From positions 4,092,001 through 4,156,000 of the forward strand of contig OX337230.1 of NCBI GenBank assembly GCA_946965045.2: DNA of 64,000 nt, given 5' to 3'. The stretch comes from Epithemia pelagica (Eukaryota; Protista; Bacillariophyta). Positions 32,871-42,811 of the stretch are shown here, piece by piece. Each line of letters opens with the position of its first letter. Position 1 is the first letter of the stretch. Under the pieces are notes generated by a model. It was not told the origin of the DNA, did no database searches, and saw nothing but the letters and a program-made list of their open reading frames with translations. The position numbers and the translations under genes are program-made.

Positions 32871-34728
32871 CTCCTGATGATACGGACACCTGTCTTTGAG
32901 GTGTCTGGTTAGTTGTCTCCCTCTGAGGAGGTGACTCCAACGATGTGGTCAATGGAGTTGGAGTGGGATCCTCACTGGGAGTTGGTAAAGAAGCGGAGAG
33001 TGGCACTGGGAGTGGACGTGTGTTAGGTGTAGATGATGACGTCAACGGAAGATATGGTTGGCGAGTAGCAATTCGTTGTGCGACATCTGATTGACGTCGA
33101 AGATACGTATTTTGGGTAGCTTCATCAATACTAGTAGGGGAGTCTAGATCGTCCGTTTCGGATGAATCATCAGTGATATATTGATATGCAGAATCTCCGA
33201 ACAGGCGATACCAAGGTTCGGGTGCAAAGTCCGGAAGCTGGTCGACAGACATGGCAATAGTGCTGAACCAATCGTCGAACACTACATGGAACTGGGGCGT
33301 AATATAGCCAGTTTGAGGATTTAAGACTAATGGAACAGTACTGGCATGTCGCGTACTTAACCCCATAAGTTGGCAGCGAATAGATTTTGGCTGCCAGCGG
33401 GGTAGCTTCTTCCCGTCTGCAATGGTTTTGTGCAGAACATAGACCGGACAGCCCCACACGTGGAGATCATGAAATTTTTGTTGTTCCCATCGGACACGTG
33501 TGAAAACATCATGGGGGCTTATACCAGTCTCAGTATTGGGTACATGGTTGTGTAAGAAAACGGCATGTGAAACGGCCATGGGCCAGAGCGCCGGATCAGC
33601 CAATTCTGGCCACTGTATGGCAGAGTGTAACATCATGGTGCGTGCAATCGACATAATTGTTTGTATTGCCCTTTCAGCTATTCCGGCATGATGATGTGCC
33701 CCGACTCCTGCGAACCGCAAAATTTGAGCAAAGTTCTCAAGCGATTGGGAGTAGGATTTTGAGGTGAAAGCAGCTCCGTTGTCCGTTAGGTATTTGAGAG
33801 GAACTACACCCACTTCTCTACAAAATAGTTCAAAGGATCCTTTAACACTAAGCGTTTCATGAGTGTTAAGGTGTGATTGAAATCCTATCCATGTATACCC
33901 CGAGGCGTGATCGACAAAGATCGCGCCGCCCACATAAAGGTTGTCAACTTTTGACTTCCCCCGAGAGTCAAATCTTCGTCCTTTTGTGGAGCACACAAAA
34001 TGATCTACAGAGATACATTGTCCAGGATGGAGGTTGCCATCTTTGGTGACTCCTCGTCGATCCTTGACAATGGTTGTTGTCGAACCGGGTTCGGTGCGAC
34101 GACGTTGTTTCCCAAATTGGCATGCTGCGCATAATGGTAAGTCTTGCAAAAGAGATGCAGCTTGTGAGTGTAAGCGACGAGTCTTTTCTGTTGTTGCAAG
34201 GATACCAGTGCGCATCAAGAACTGTACCTTGCGAAAGTTAAGATGTCCAAGTCTGTAATGCCATTTGAGTAATTCCTTTTGAGGAGCGGTAAGATTTTCA
34301 TTGTGTTGTGATACTTCATTCACTGTTGTGTTGAGAGCTACCGAGCCAGTCATCATGTTCTGCTTGTCGTACCCAAACGACATGGGCAGATTGTTGCTGG
34401 GATTCACCATGACGGTGACTTCTCGGCGGGATTCATCTCCTGGAATACCGGTTAGGGTAAGTGTGTAACCGTCTTGAATTATTTTCTCGCCGAAGTATGT
34501 TTGAAGTAACGATTGCGTCGACAAAAGTCTAACCGATGTTTTTGGTACTAGGAACGCAGGGAGTTTGAGCGATCGGGGCATACCATTGGTGTCCAGGATC
34601 GTCCAAACAACTGTTCCACGGGCAGTAGCTTTCATCCGGTTGGCGATGCCCTTTACTTGAAGACTTGGCAAAGAGCGAATCGGTACTTGAATCGGTTGAC
34701 ATGGTAGTTGGGGTGGTGTCCGAACCAT
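32740..34728 (-). CDS. C-terminal half of protease plus integrase of element B
   Basis: VKGIA..GTVVW..D.NG..LVPKTSVRLLST; WHYRLGHLNF..CAACQFGK; ISVDHF; LTDNGAAF; GIAERAIQT; GKKLPRW. Confidence 0.92.
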   Translation of the reverse strand: MVRTPPQLPCQPIQVPIRSLPSLQVKGIANRMKATARGTVVWTILDTNGMPRSLKLPAFLVPKTSVRLLSTQSLLQTYFGEKIIQDGYTLTLTGIPGDESRREVTVMVNPSNNLPMSFGYDKQNMMTGSVALNTTVNEVSQHNENLTAPQKELLKWHYRLGHLNFRKVQFLMRTGILATTEKTRRLHSQAASLLQDLPLCAACQFGKQRRRTEPGSTTTIVKDRRGVTKDGNLHPGQCISVDHFVCSTKGRRFDSRGKSKVDNLYVGGAIFVDHASGYTWIGFQSHLNTHETLSVKGSFELFCREVGVVPLKYLTDNGAAFTSKSYSQSLENFAQILRFAGVGAHHHAGIAERAIQTIMSIARTMMLHSAIQWPELADPALWPMAVSHAVFLHNHVPNTETGISPHDVFTRVRWEQQKFHDLHVWGCPVYVLHKTIADGKKLPRWQPKSIRCQLMGLSTRHASTVPLVLNPQTGYITPQFHVVFDDWFSTIAMSVDQLPDFAPEPWYRLFGDSAYQYITDDSSETDDLDSPTSIDEATQNTYLRRQSDVAQRIATRQPYLPLTSSSTPNTRPLPVPLSASLPTPSEDPTPTPLTTSLESPPQRETTNQTPQRQVSVSSGVESTAPSTPRSPSPHLSPHKVTISSRVAVSEGVPSSQPFSFSS

Positions 34729-37700
34729 GGTGAGTCAGGATAGCGAGAAGAGACGCGCCGAATGACCACCAAAACAACAATCCAACATGAGAGCCAAGTG
34801 ATGATGGCAGGCATGAAGGATGGATGAGTCACGTATGAGAGCAGTAAGAACCATAGACCTGTATATAAGTCGTAGATTCCTGTTAGAAAATGACTCAGAC
34901 CGATGTAGATTGTAGTCTTTCCTTCATTGTAATAGGTGTCAGCTCCCGTAGAGGGTGAGGCGGTAGGGTAGAGCCACTGGATCACAGGTAGGACAAGGAC
35001 AAGGTGGGCGAGTGCAACTAAGAAAAGGTGCAGCCACGCAGAAGTTTCTGCCGTAGGTGTCTCGTCCGACTCGCGCGCCAGCCGATCATCAAAATCGCGA
35101 CGGACCGGCGAAGGGGTCACGTGTCCGAACCTGAATGGGGTGTAGTGGACTTCTACGCATTTCCCTACCAGAGAATCCTCATCAGATGATACTGTTTCTT
35201 CCATAGTGTCAATTGGGACGTTTTGTCGGTCCTGGGGACCTCCCTCCGATTCATTATTCTTGATCCAGAAATTTTGGGTCTCATTTTTAGAACAATCGTC
35301 AACCCATGCCATGTTGGCAAAGTATTTGGTGAGCGGCACAGTTTTTGCTGAGTCGCCACCACTGCTTGCTGTGTCTGCATCGGTAGGTACGTACTTCTCC
35401 CCAAGAGTGTTGTTGGGTGTAAACAAAGTAGAAGACAAACTGTCCGCACTACTCTCACGATGTGTTCGGAGTTGTGTTGATGCAGGTGTAAAGCGATGGC
35501 CAATGGACGACGTGTCCATCGGTTGAATATTGAAGCAAGGCATCATCGGTCCAGGAGGAATGGGGGACATGCCTGGAAAGGAGTGTTCCGGTCGAGGGTG
35601 ATTTGGGATCAAAGTCCCATCGACGTAGTATCCCATTGCCCATTCTTCTTCCTTGACACGCTGATATGCTTCAGCGACGGTAAGTTTTGGTTCACGCCAT
35701 GCATTGGCAAAGACTGTTTTTGCTGCACGTTCATATCTCATTCCATCACGTTTTGCCTGTTCTGCTTCGAGAACGAATTGTTCAGACGAATAACGAGCGA
35801 TTGGCTGCTGCATGGTGAGTTTTCGTCGCGGAGGCAGTTGCGGTGGAGGAGACGGAGCTTGGTGTGCCAGCGCAAAGGGTGCTGATGGCCGTGGCGGAAG
35901 CGGTGGCTGTGGAAGAATTGGTGAGATGGCAGGGAGTTTCTTTTCAAGGCTTGGTGGTCGTCCCTCCTGCAGCATTTTGAGAGGGGCATTCATGTCTTCG
36001 ACAGACAAATCCATGCCGGCTTCTGGCGTGCGGTAAGTGTCATTATTTGCCATGCTAGTGTCTTTTGTGTCTTGATCCATGCTTTCATAGCTCTCATTGA
36101 CTGCTGCTGCTGCCTGGATTTCTTTGTCGTACAAACCTTCGAGGAAACGTTGGGTTTCCAAATCGGAGAATTTGACAGCTTCAGAATCGAGGGCAGACAG
36201 AGATGGTCCCAGTTCCTCCCACTTGTTGAAATACTTTGGCTCGTTTCCAAAGTCAGGTTCAATGGGAGTTGAGGTAGGCTCCGTGGTATTGATTGTGCTT
36301 GTTGTGTTGCAAGAAGAAGAGTCTTGCATGTCGCTTGTGGTTGTCTCACTGTCTTTTTCTTCTTGTTCCAATGCTGCTGAGGTAATGCGATCAGGCGTTA
36401 CCAGCTTCAAGGTATTGGATGAGAAGAGGGACGAGGAAGTTGATGACCCATCGTCCATTTCTTCTTCGGTGTCAACGGTTTGGGTCAAATTGACCACAAG
36501 ATTGTACGCACAAAGGTCGTACTCGTCGTCCGTCTCGGAGCAATCCACATCAGTTTTAGCGTCGTCCATGTTGGGAGGACACTTCACACAAACACAATTT
36601 GCTTCAAAATCGTCGTGGTCGAAGAGCCAAGAGTGCTCTTTGTTGACCATTTCGTAAGTATTCGCATCATCAAAGCCGTTTTTCTCGATGTATGCTACCC
36701 ATGCTGCTGGTTCCATTTCTAACTTGTTTGCTTGATGTTGTTTGGAACTCGACTTGTTGGATTTGAAACCAACAATATGCTCACTGGTTTTGTGAGTTGG
36801 ATTCCAGTTGGTGCATTTTCCGCACCAATACATGGGCTTTCCATCCACCATCCGCATTTCTGGTTCCCCTTCTTTGGGAGGGATGCGGCGCCAGTTGCTA
36901 TCGCTGGAAGAGGTACGTTTCGTGAAGTTGTTGTTGTTTTTGTTTTTGTTGTTTTTGTTGTTGTTCTTCCCCTTCTCACGAACGGATGTCTTCTTGTTCC
37001 CGGGTGTGTTCATTTGCTGAACAAGAGCGTTGGCTTGAATGGACTTGGTCTGTTTTCCTTTCTTGGAAACTGTGGCATTGTTAGCACCATACGATGTTGG
37101 TGGTGCCTTGGAATCCCGGTGAGTGCTCTTTGCGCTCCATTCCCCGCGCTTTACACTAACCCAATATTTGCTGTTTGCCTCTTCGATCACGTGCGTATAT
37201 AGCAGCTTGTTTGTGGTCATGTATTGATCCGCTGCTGCACGGTCGAGAAACCGAATGTGATCGACACTGTCCTGGACAGACTTGTTCAGGAGCAGGAGAG
37301 AAAACTTCGGAGTCGGCGGCCATTCTGCTTTCAAAATGTTTGTGAGCAGGCTCGCCGTGAGGGTGTGGTCGTAAAGACCAGCGGCGGTAAGAGATCGGGC
37401 CTTTGCGGCGAAATCGGTGGTAAGTGCAGTGATGTCATGGCCGGCGTAGTTGTGCGGGTCCAATGAACGCATCTCACTTTTTACGATTTCCCAATGTTCG
37501 ATTGAGTCGTCCGTAATAATCCGGACGATGATCATGAACAGCTCCGGAAAGGATGCAACGTCGCGGGATTGGTCCTCCACTTCCCGTCGAAATGTCTTAT
37601 CCAATGAGTCAAGTAAGTAGTCTTGCGCCGCGGCATCGTTGTTGGCGTCATACTTATCATACTTGCTCACCTGTTGTTTCATTGCTTCGTGAACCTTTGT

Positions 37701-38090
37701 GTGAGTGAACCGTGGGTGTTCGGTAACGATGTTGAGCATGGAGGACTTACTGAGTGGATCGAGTAAGTACATAATCGTATCCATGCCGTGTTTCGTGAAA
37801 TGGCGGACTAATTCGTCTTGGAGTCTTGAAAAATCGCCTTTCTTCTTATCGAACTTTTCTACAGGGCCAGTCACCCGATCAAGGTACCGCTTGTCGGTAA
37901 AGGTACGTAGCTGGAGACTGCGGACTGGATGGTCCTTGGCTTTGTCGTCTAACCCTTTCCAATCTGGTTTGGGTTTACCGCCAGTCCAGGGGACGTACGT
38001 GTCCTTGCTGGATTGAACGAGGCCGCCCATTCTGGGACGGTCGGGCATAAAGACATCAGTGTCTTGTTGGGGAGAGTCTTCACCTGACAT
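34653..38090 (-). CDS. Long Gag-like ORF of element B (1145 aa) with CCHH knuckle, low-complexity spacer and C-terminal hydrophobic segments
   Basis: YWCGKCTNWNPTHKTSEH knuckle; hydrophobic WLHLFLVALAHLVLVLPVIQWL and WFLLLSYVTHPSFMPAIITWLSCWIVVLVVI. Confidence 0.85.
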   Translation of the reverse strand: MSGEDSPQQDTDVFMPDRPRMGGLVQSSKDTYVPWTGGKPKPDWKGLDDKAKDHPVRSLQLRTFTDKRYLDRVTGPVEKFDKKKGDFSRLQDELVRHFTKHGMDTIMYLLDPLSKSSMLNIVTEHPRFTHTKVHEAMKQQVSKYDKYDANNDAAAQDYLLDSLDKTFRREVEDQSRDVASFPELFMIIVRIITDDSIEHWEIVKSEMRSLDPHNYAGHDITALTTDFAAKARSLTAAGLYDHTLTASLLTNILKAEWPPTPKFSLLLLNKSVQDSVDHIRFLDRAAADQYMTTNKLLYTHVIEEANSKYWVSVKRGEWSAKSTHRDSKAPPTSYGANNATVSKKGKQTKSIQANALVQQMNTPGNKKTSVREKGKNNNKNNKNKNNNNFTKRTSSSDSNWRRIPPKEGEPEMRMVDGKPMYWCGKCTNWNPTHKTSEHIVGFKSNKSSSKQHQANKLEMEPAAWVAYIEKNGFDDANTYEMVNKEHSWLFDHDDFEANCVCVKCPPNMDDAKTDVDCSETDDEYDLCAYNLVVNLTQTVDTEEEMDDGSSTSSSLFSSNTLKLVTPDRITSAALEQEEKDSETTTSDMQDSSSCNTTSTINTTEPTSTPIEPDFGNEPKYFNKWEELGPSLSALDSEAVKFSDLETQRFLEGLYDKEIQAAAAVNESYESMDQDTKDTSMANNDTYRTPEAGMDLSVEDMNAPLKMLQEGRPPSLEKKLPAISPILPQPPLPPRPSAPFALAHQAPSPPPQLPPRRKLTMQQPIARYSSEQFVLEAEQAKRDGMRYERAAKTVFANAWREPKLTVAEAYQRVKEEEWAMGYYVDGTLIPNHPRPEHSFPGMSPIPPGPMMPCFNIQPMDTSSIGHRFTPASTQLRTHRESSADSLSSTLFTPNNTLGEKYVPTDADTASSGGDSAKTVPLTKYFANMAWVDDCSKNETQNFWIKNNESEGGPQDRQNVPIDTMEETVSSDEDSLVGKCVEVHYTPFRFGHVTPSPVRRDFDDRLARESDETPTAETSAWLHLFLVALAHLVLVLPVIQWLYPTASPSTGADTYYNEGKTTIYIGLSHFLTGIYDLYTGLWFLLLSYVTHPSFMPAIITWLSCWIVVLVVIRRVSSRYPDSPWFGHHPNYHVNRFKYRFALCQVFK

Positions 38091-38509
38091 GGTGTTGGAA
38101 GCAACAATCAGCCGCTTTTGGGAAGAACGAGACGCGTCGGTTTGCTGGGCAGAGCCAGGGAGAGGTGCGGTCTGTTGCTGGGGTTCTTGCTGGGTGTTTG
38201 CAAGATCAGGTGGTACACTGAGTGGAGGCTCAGTGGGGTCAGTCCGATTCGGGCCAGGAGTAGTGTCAGACTCGTCGACACTCTCTGCTGTTACGAGTTC
38301 GAAACTGCCAGCGCCACTAGAGGTAGGAGAGTCTTGGTCTTCCTCCGTTGTGGCTACGGGGTGGATGCCTTGCTAGGGATGTCCACTCCTTGCGCGCGTA
38401 TAGATGCCGTAGTAAGAGGTGAACCTTATAGAGTTCTCCCTCTTGGTAATATAATAGTCGATCGATCAGGAAACGTCTTGTTTACCTGCCTTACTTGGGC
38501 TCAGCAACC

Positions 38510-39241
38510 ACTTAATGTAAACAGATATCTAGGTGTTGGTAAAGACACGTGTTAGATATAGGTGAGGTAGTCAATATAGCTCGGGTAGCCAACCTACTGC
38601 AGTGAAACGACGATGGGGCCCTCACCTTCGAATCAGCAACTAGGTCGACTCTCTTTCACAAACAGTTTGGTTACAAACTTTTGGTTTATAAAAAGAGTGA
38701 GCTTATTCTAAGATGAAAAGTGATTTTGGAGCAGGTTTGATCTCCTCGATCCTCTAGGTATGGAACTTGTTCTATTTGTTCCATAGAGCAGTTCTTTTTG
38801 TTCTGTGCACTAGTGGGAGATCTCACCTCTCCTGTTGTATCTTGTTTTGGATCTTTACTCGATGGACTTACCTTTGACACTCTTCAGGTGGCCGGATGGC
38901 CTGCCTGAGATCCATTTGTTTTCTCAATATTGAGAGGAAGATTCGGTATCCGGTGGCTCGCCCGACATGCAAATATATACGGCTGTATAGTGGGCTCGCG
39001 GTCTGGCAAGTTTTTATGTAAATAATATAGTAGGGCGTAAGTCACGTAAAGTTCCTTAGTTTTGGCGAGCAGCGCGATCAGTACTCTAAAGCAGCTGCTC
39101 GATGCGTTGAGGTTCAATTGACGTGCGTTGAGGTGCAACGCCTGCTTCTGATCGGCATGTGGCACGTCTGACCGCACGTCACGCATATAGCTAGAGGAAA
39201 TAGTCTAATGTCTAGAGAGTCGAGAGCGGTATTCTATAACT
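38510..39241 (-). repeat. 5' LTR of element B
   Basis: Direct repeat of 30194-30925. Confidence 0.95.
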
Positions 39242-39624
39242 TCTCCTTCGCAAAGCACGGGTACCTAAAAAGAAGACGACGTCGACCAAGAAAACAAAGT
39301 AAGATAGATGGCATTATGGTGCCTAGAAGTAAAACAAATGTTTATACTATTGTGACAGCAGCACTTTCAAAGTTAGGAGTATTCACGTCCATCAAAATTC
39401 TCAAGTACTTGCCAATTTTGTTGCTATCAGGTTACGGATATCCACCTATGCTCCTACGGGGTAGCGTGAGCGAACCCGGAAATACCAGTACTTTGTTGTG
39501 CCGCAAGGAGCCCAAAAAAGTCCATTGTCCAGCACATTTCCATCGATTCTGCGACCTCTCCGTTCTCCACCAGACACTTCCACGCGATTTGCTCATTCTA
39601 CACGTTCTCCTGTTGGAATGAACG

Positions 39625-40765
39625 ATGGCCATGACACTGCAAGAACAAGCATGGCAGTCGGGTCTTTTCCTTTTGGACGAGACAGCAGAATGGAATGAAA
39701 CTGATTGGCCTCCTCTTGTGGGTGGATGGCGTGACGATCATGCTACAGTCGTACTTGACCATCCCAATAAGGACAACGATTCCAACAACAAGGGGCAGAC
39801 GGTTGTTGTGTTGGGCGGACTTCAACCATATTACATTCCCACGGATTCCGTTGTTGAATTAAATTTAGCAGAATCCAACAAGCAGTGGCGAGAAGGACCA
39901 CCCATGAACACGAGACGCTGGGGACATGCCGCTGTCGTGTGCAACGGAGGGGTCTACGTGATAGGAGGATACAATAGGGAAGAAGGATATTTGGATTGTA
40001 TGGAACGGATTGATTCCACTGATTTGCTACAATCAATTTTAACTACAAGCAGTACGCATGAGAGTCATTGGACGACATTAAACTGTCGATTATCAATGAG
40101 ACGATCACGATGTTGCGCTGTTGTGGTTCAGAATCGATATATTGTGGTAATGGGTGGATCGAAAAGGGTGACAGATAACTTATCATCGGTGGAGATTGGT
40201 CATTGAGGGACCATCCATGAACGTTCCTCGATCATTCTGTGCCAGTGTGGTCGTTGGTCACCGCATCTTTGTCGTTGGAGGCTGTAGCAATCACGGCTAT
40301 CTTGACTCGGTGGAGTATTTAGACTTTGCAGCGCCAAGTGGGAACGATTGGACGATTCACTCTGATCTGGTGCTTTCTGCGAAGCATGTTGTGCTTGTAC
40401 AGGGGGTTGCCGTGGGATCTTGTCTGGTGGTGGCGGGAGGACATTGTCGAACCGTGGAAGTATTAGATACGAACCGCAACCGCGTTTGGAAACTCCCACC
40501 ACTCGAAAATCGCCTTGATGGCTGCAGTATGGTGACTGTTGCCAATCAAGTTACCATTATTGGTGGATCTGAGAATTCGACCTGTTTGACACTGCCACTC
40601 ATGGACAAGAATTCGTGGTGCTTTCAACGACTCTGTGAGCAGCAACCAAACGGGTGGTATCACCAATGGAACGAAATGGGACGTTTCCGAGATGCCACTG
40701 TGGCAACCAGTATCGACCGTGCTGAATGGAAGGATGACACTTGTGTTTGTTGTTTGTTGTTGTGA
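39625..40765 (+). pseudogene. Kelch-repeat gene K5, frameshifting deletion near 40200
   Basis: ORFs 39625..40206 and 40196..40765. The IDTSNHT segment present in paralogs is missing at the junction. Confidence 0.87.
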
Positions 40766-41388
40766 TCGAATTGGGCGTTTGCCGACGAAACTGCAGTGAT
40801 TGGTTACCCTTACGGACGAAGTAACTACTATAGGATTTGCATAATCTCCAAAGGAAGCAACACTATGTAGTTAAAAAGTCAACCGTTCAAGAAGGACAAG
40901 GACAATGCACCCGTTCGTTACACTAGCTCTGCATCTGAGTCCAGGGCAAAAGTTTGTGCTTCTCTCATCTGTCGCAAGAGAAAAGCAAGACCACATCGAT
41001 TCAATGATGCATCCGGAGCTGTATAGCGTCTCTATATGTCCTGTAATGCCGAAACTCTATGGAGTGTGGAGTTTTGAAAACTAATTAAATAACCCGGATA
41101 TACATGTACTTTGTTGTGCCACGGGGGATGAAGGAAGGCCGACCATGACCATGGCACGTCATTATATTAGTTCTATAGGATATACACACACACGCCGCCA
41201 CCGCATGGTGTAGATTAGAATTCTTACTTTTGTGCCTGTGTCTTGCTTTCCAATCGCAGGGTTGGAATTCAAAGGAGCGGTACCACAAACAGAGTGGGAG
41301 GAAACAAAGAACCGAGACTGTGGGTTCCAATAAACCAAAAGGGCACCGCCCAAGGACAGTTTCGGAACGAATCACACGATCCATTACC

Positions 41389-42627
41389 ATGGACCATGGT
41401 CGAGTCGCCCATCCGAATCCAAATGGAGATTCGGCAGACGACGACGACGACGACGACGACAAGAGTCCAATTGTCGACAATACCAACAACAACAATCACA
41501 AGGAGAACGCCAACGATCGGATTCGACCCTTTGAATGGTTGACCAGTCCAGCTTCCTTGACACCCCTCTTGTTACAACAACAAGACGTTTGGTCATCTTC
41601 CACAAATGGCTGTCGTATCTTGCACCTGGGCAGTGGGAGTTCCATTTGGTCCGAATATTTGCTTTCCAGTGAGTTTCCCTTGTCGCATCGCATTGCCAAG
41701 ATCATCAATGTCGACAAGGATGCCGAAACTGTCTCACGTATGCAACACCGGTGGAACCAACAACAACAACATGTCAGAAACAACAAGCACAAGGACGATA
41801 CTACGCACTCCAAATTGGACTTTTGGTGTCTCGATTGGGTGCAGGAACGAGTGCCCTTGGACAATCAAACTTTGAATGTGATTTTGGACAAGTCCACGTT
41901 GGATTGTACCCTGTGCAGTGACTCGGCGACGGCGTGGTTGTTGCACCAAGTCTATCGACTCCTTCGCGTCGGTGGCCTGTATTGTGTCGTGTCCTTTCAT
42001 GCCCTCGAGTTGCTGGTTCCCCTCATATCCCAGTGTCCCGGCACTCATTGGTCCTCCGTGACGACTCATGTCATTCCGCGACAGGTCGAACGGCTCGACC
42101 ACAGAAATGACGACGACAACAACAACGCCAACGACGACAACCCGAGCCATTCTTTGGTCTCTCCCCATGACAACAACACGTCTCGTACCGTCAATGTCGT
42201 CATGGCCCGTCGGGGCTGTCCTCCACACGAACAACAAGAAGAAGAAGAACCAGAATTGGACATTACGGCCCTGTATCATCATGCTCACAAGGTCAATGAT
42301 GATTGGTACCAGACTTTGCACCCGCTCCTCACGCCACAGCGCTTGTCGCAACTTCGACAGGCATTTACTAGTACCAATCTGTCCGACGACGAATCATTCC
42401 TGTCCTTGGAGTTGCCCGACTGCTATCAAGTTTTGTTTACGACACCAGAACGAGAACAATACACCTATGATTACTTTTTGCAAGATTGGCAAGCCTTTGT
42501 ACAATCTCATGCCAGTCAGCACCAGTCTGAGGAGGAGGAGCATGACGACGACGACGAGAAGAGACCGCTTCCACAAAATTCCATGACACTCGAAACAGCC
42601 TTGCTGTTTTTGGAGGAAATGCAGTAA
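41389..42627 (+). CDS. SAM-dependent methyltransferase, METTL13/EEF1AKMT4-like
   Basis: PFEW, ILHLGSGSS (motif I), IINVDKD, VILDKSTLD, RLLRVGGLYCVVS. Likely start is ATG 41389. Confidence 0.8.
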   Translation: MDHGRVAHPNPNGDSADDDDDDDDKSPIVDNTNNNNHKENANDRIRPFEWLTSPASLTPLLLQQQDVWSSSTNGCRILHLGSGSSIWSEYLLSSEFPLSHRIAKIINVDKDAETVSRMQHRWNQQQQHVRNNKHKDDTTHSKLDFWCLDWVQERVPLDNQTLNVILDKSTLDCTLCSDSATAWLLHQVYRLLRVGGLYCVVSFHALELLVPLISQCPGTHWSSVTTHVIPRQVERLDHRNDDDNNNANDDNPSHSLVSPHDNNTSRTVNVVMARRGCPPHEQQEEEEPELDITALYHHAHKVNDDWYQTLHPLLTPQRLSQLRQAFTSTNLSDDESFLSLELPDCYQVLFTTPEREQYTYDYFLQDWQAFVQSHASQHQSEEEEHDDDDEKRPLPQNSMTLETALLFLEEMQ

Positions 42628-42811
42628 TGCATAATCACCAAAAAAGGAACGTTCGGATCCACAGAGAATGGTGGGTCGAACAGTCGCATCGGTCCGGCCA
42701 CAGGATCTCGACTCGACTGTACTGTACTGTGGACCCTGTATGGATTGACTTGTTCTCTCGTCTAGGATCTCTTGTGACTCGGTTCGATCAACTGCGGTTC
42801 CGACTCTCTTT

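Larger units (their letters stand above)
30194..39241 (-). mobile_element. Ty1/copia (CoDi-type) LTR retrotransposon B with non-canonical termini
   Basis: 732-bp LTRs at 30194-30925 and 38510-39241, identical by eye. TSD TCTCC at 30189-30193 and 39242-39246. PPT ATGAGAGGGAG abuts the 3' LTR and GGTTGCTGAGCCC abuts the 5' LTR. Confidence 0.95.
29803..39302 (+). pseudogene. Glutaredoxin-like copy G2: 5'-truncated, internally deleted and split by copia element B
   Basis: Near-identical to G1 from TAAQGMNLL. It breaks at GAGACTCTCC (30193) and resumes TCTCCTTCGCAAAGCACGGGTACC at 39242. The signal peptide is missing, and a short deletion near 30066 shifts the frame. Confidence 0.88.
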
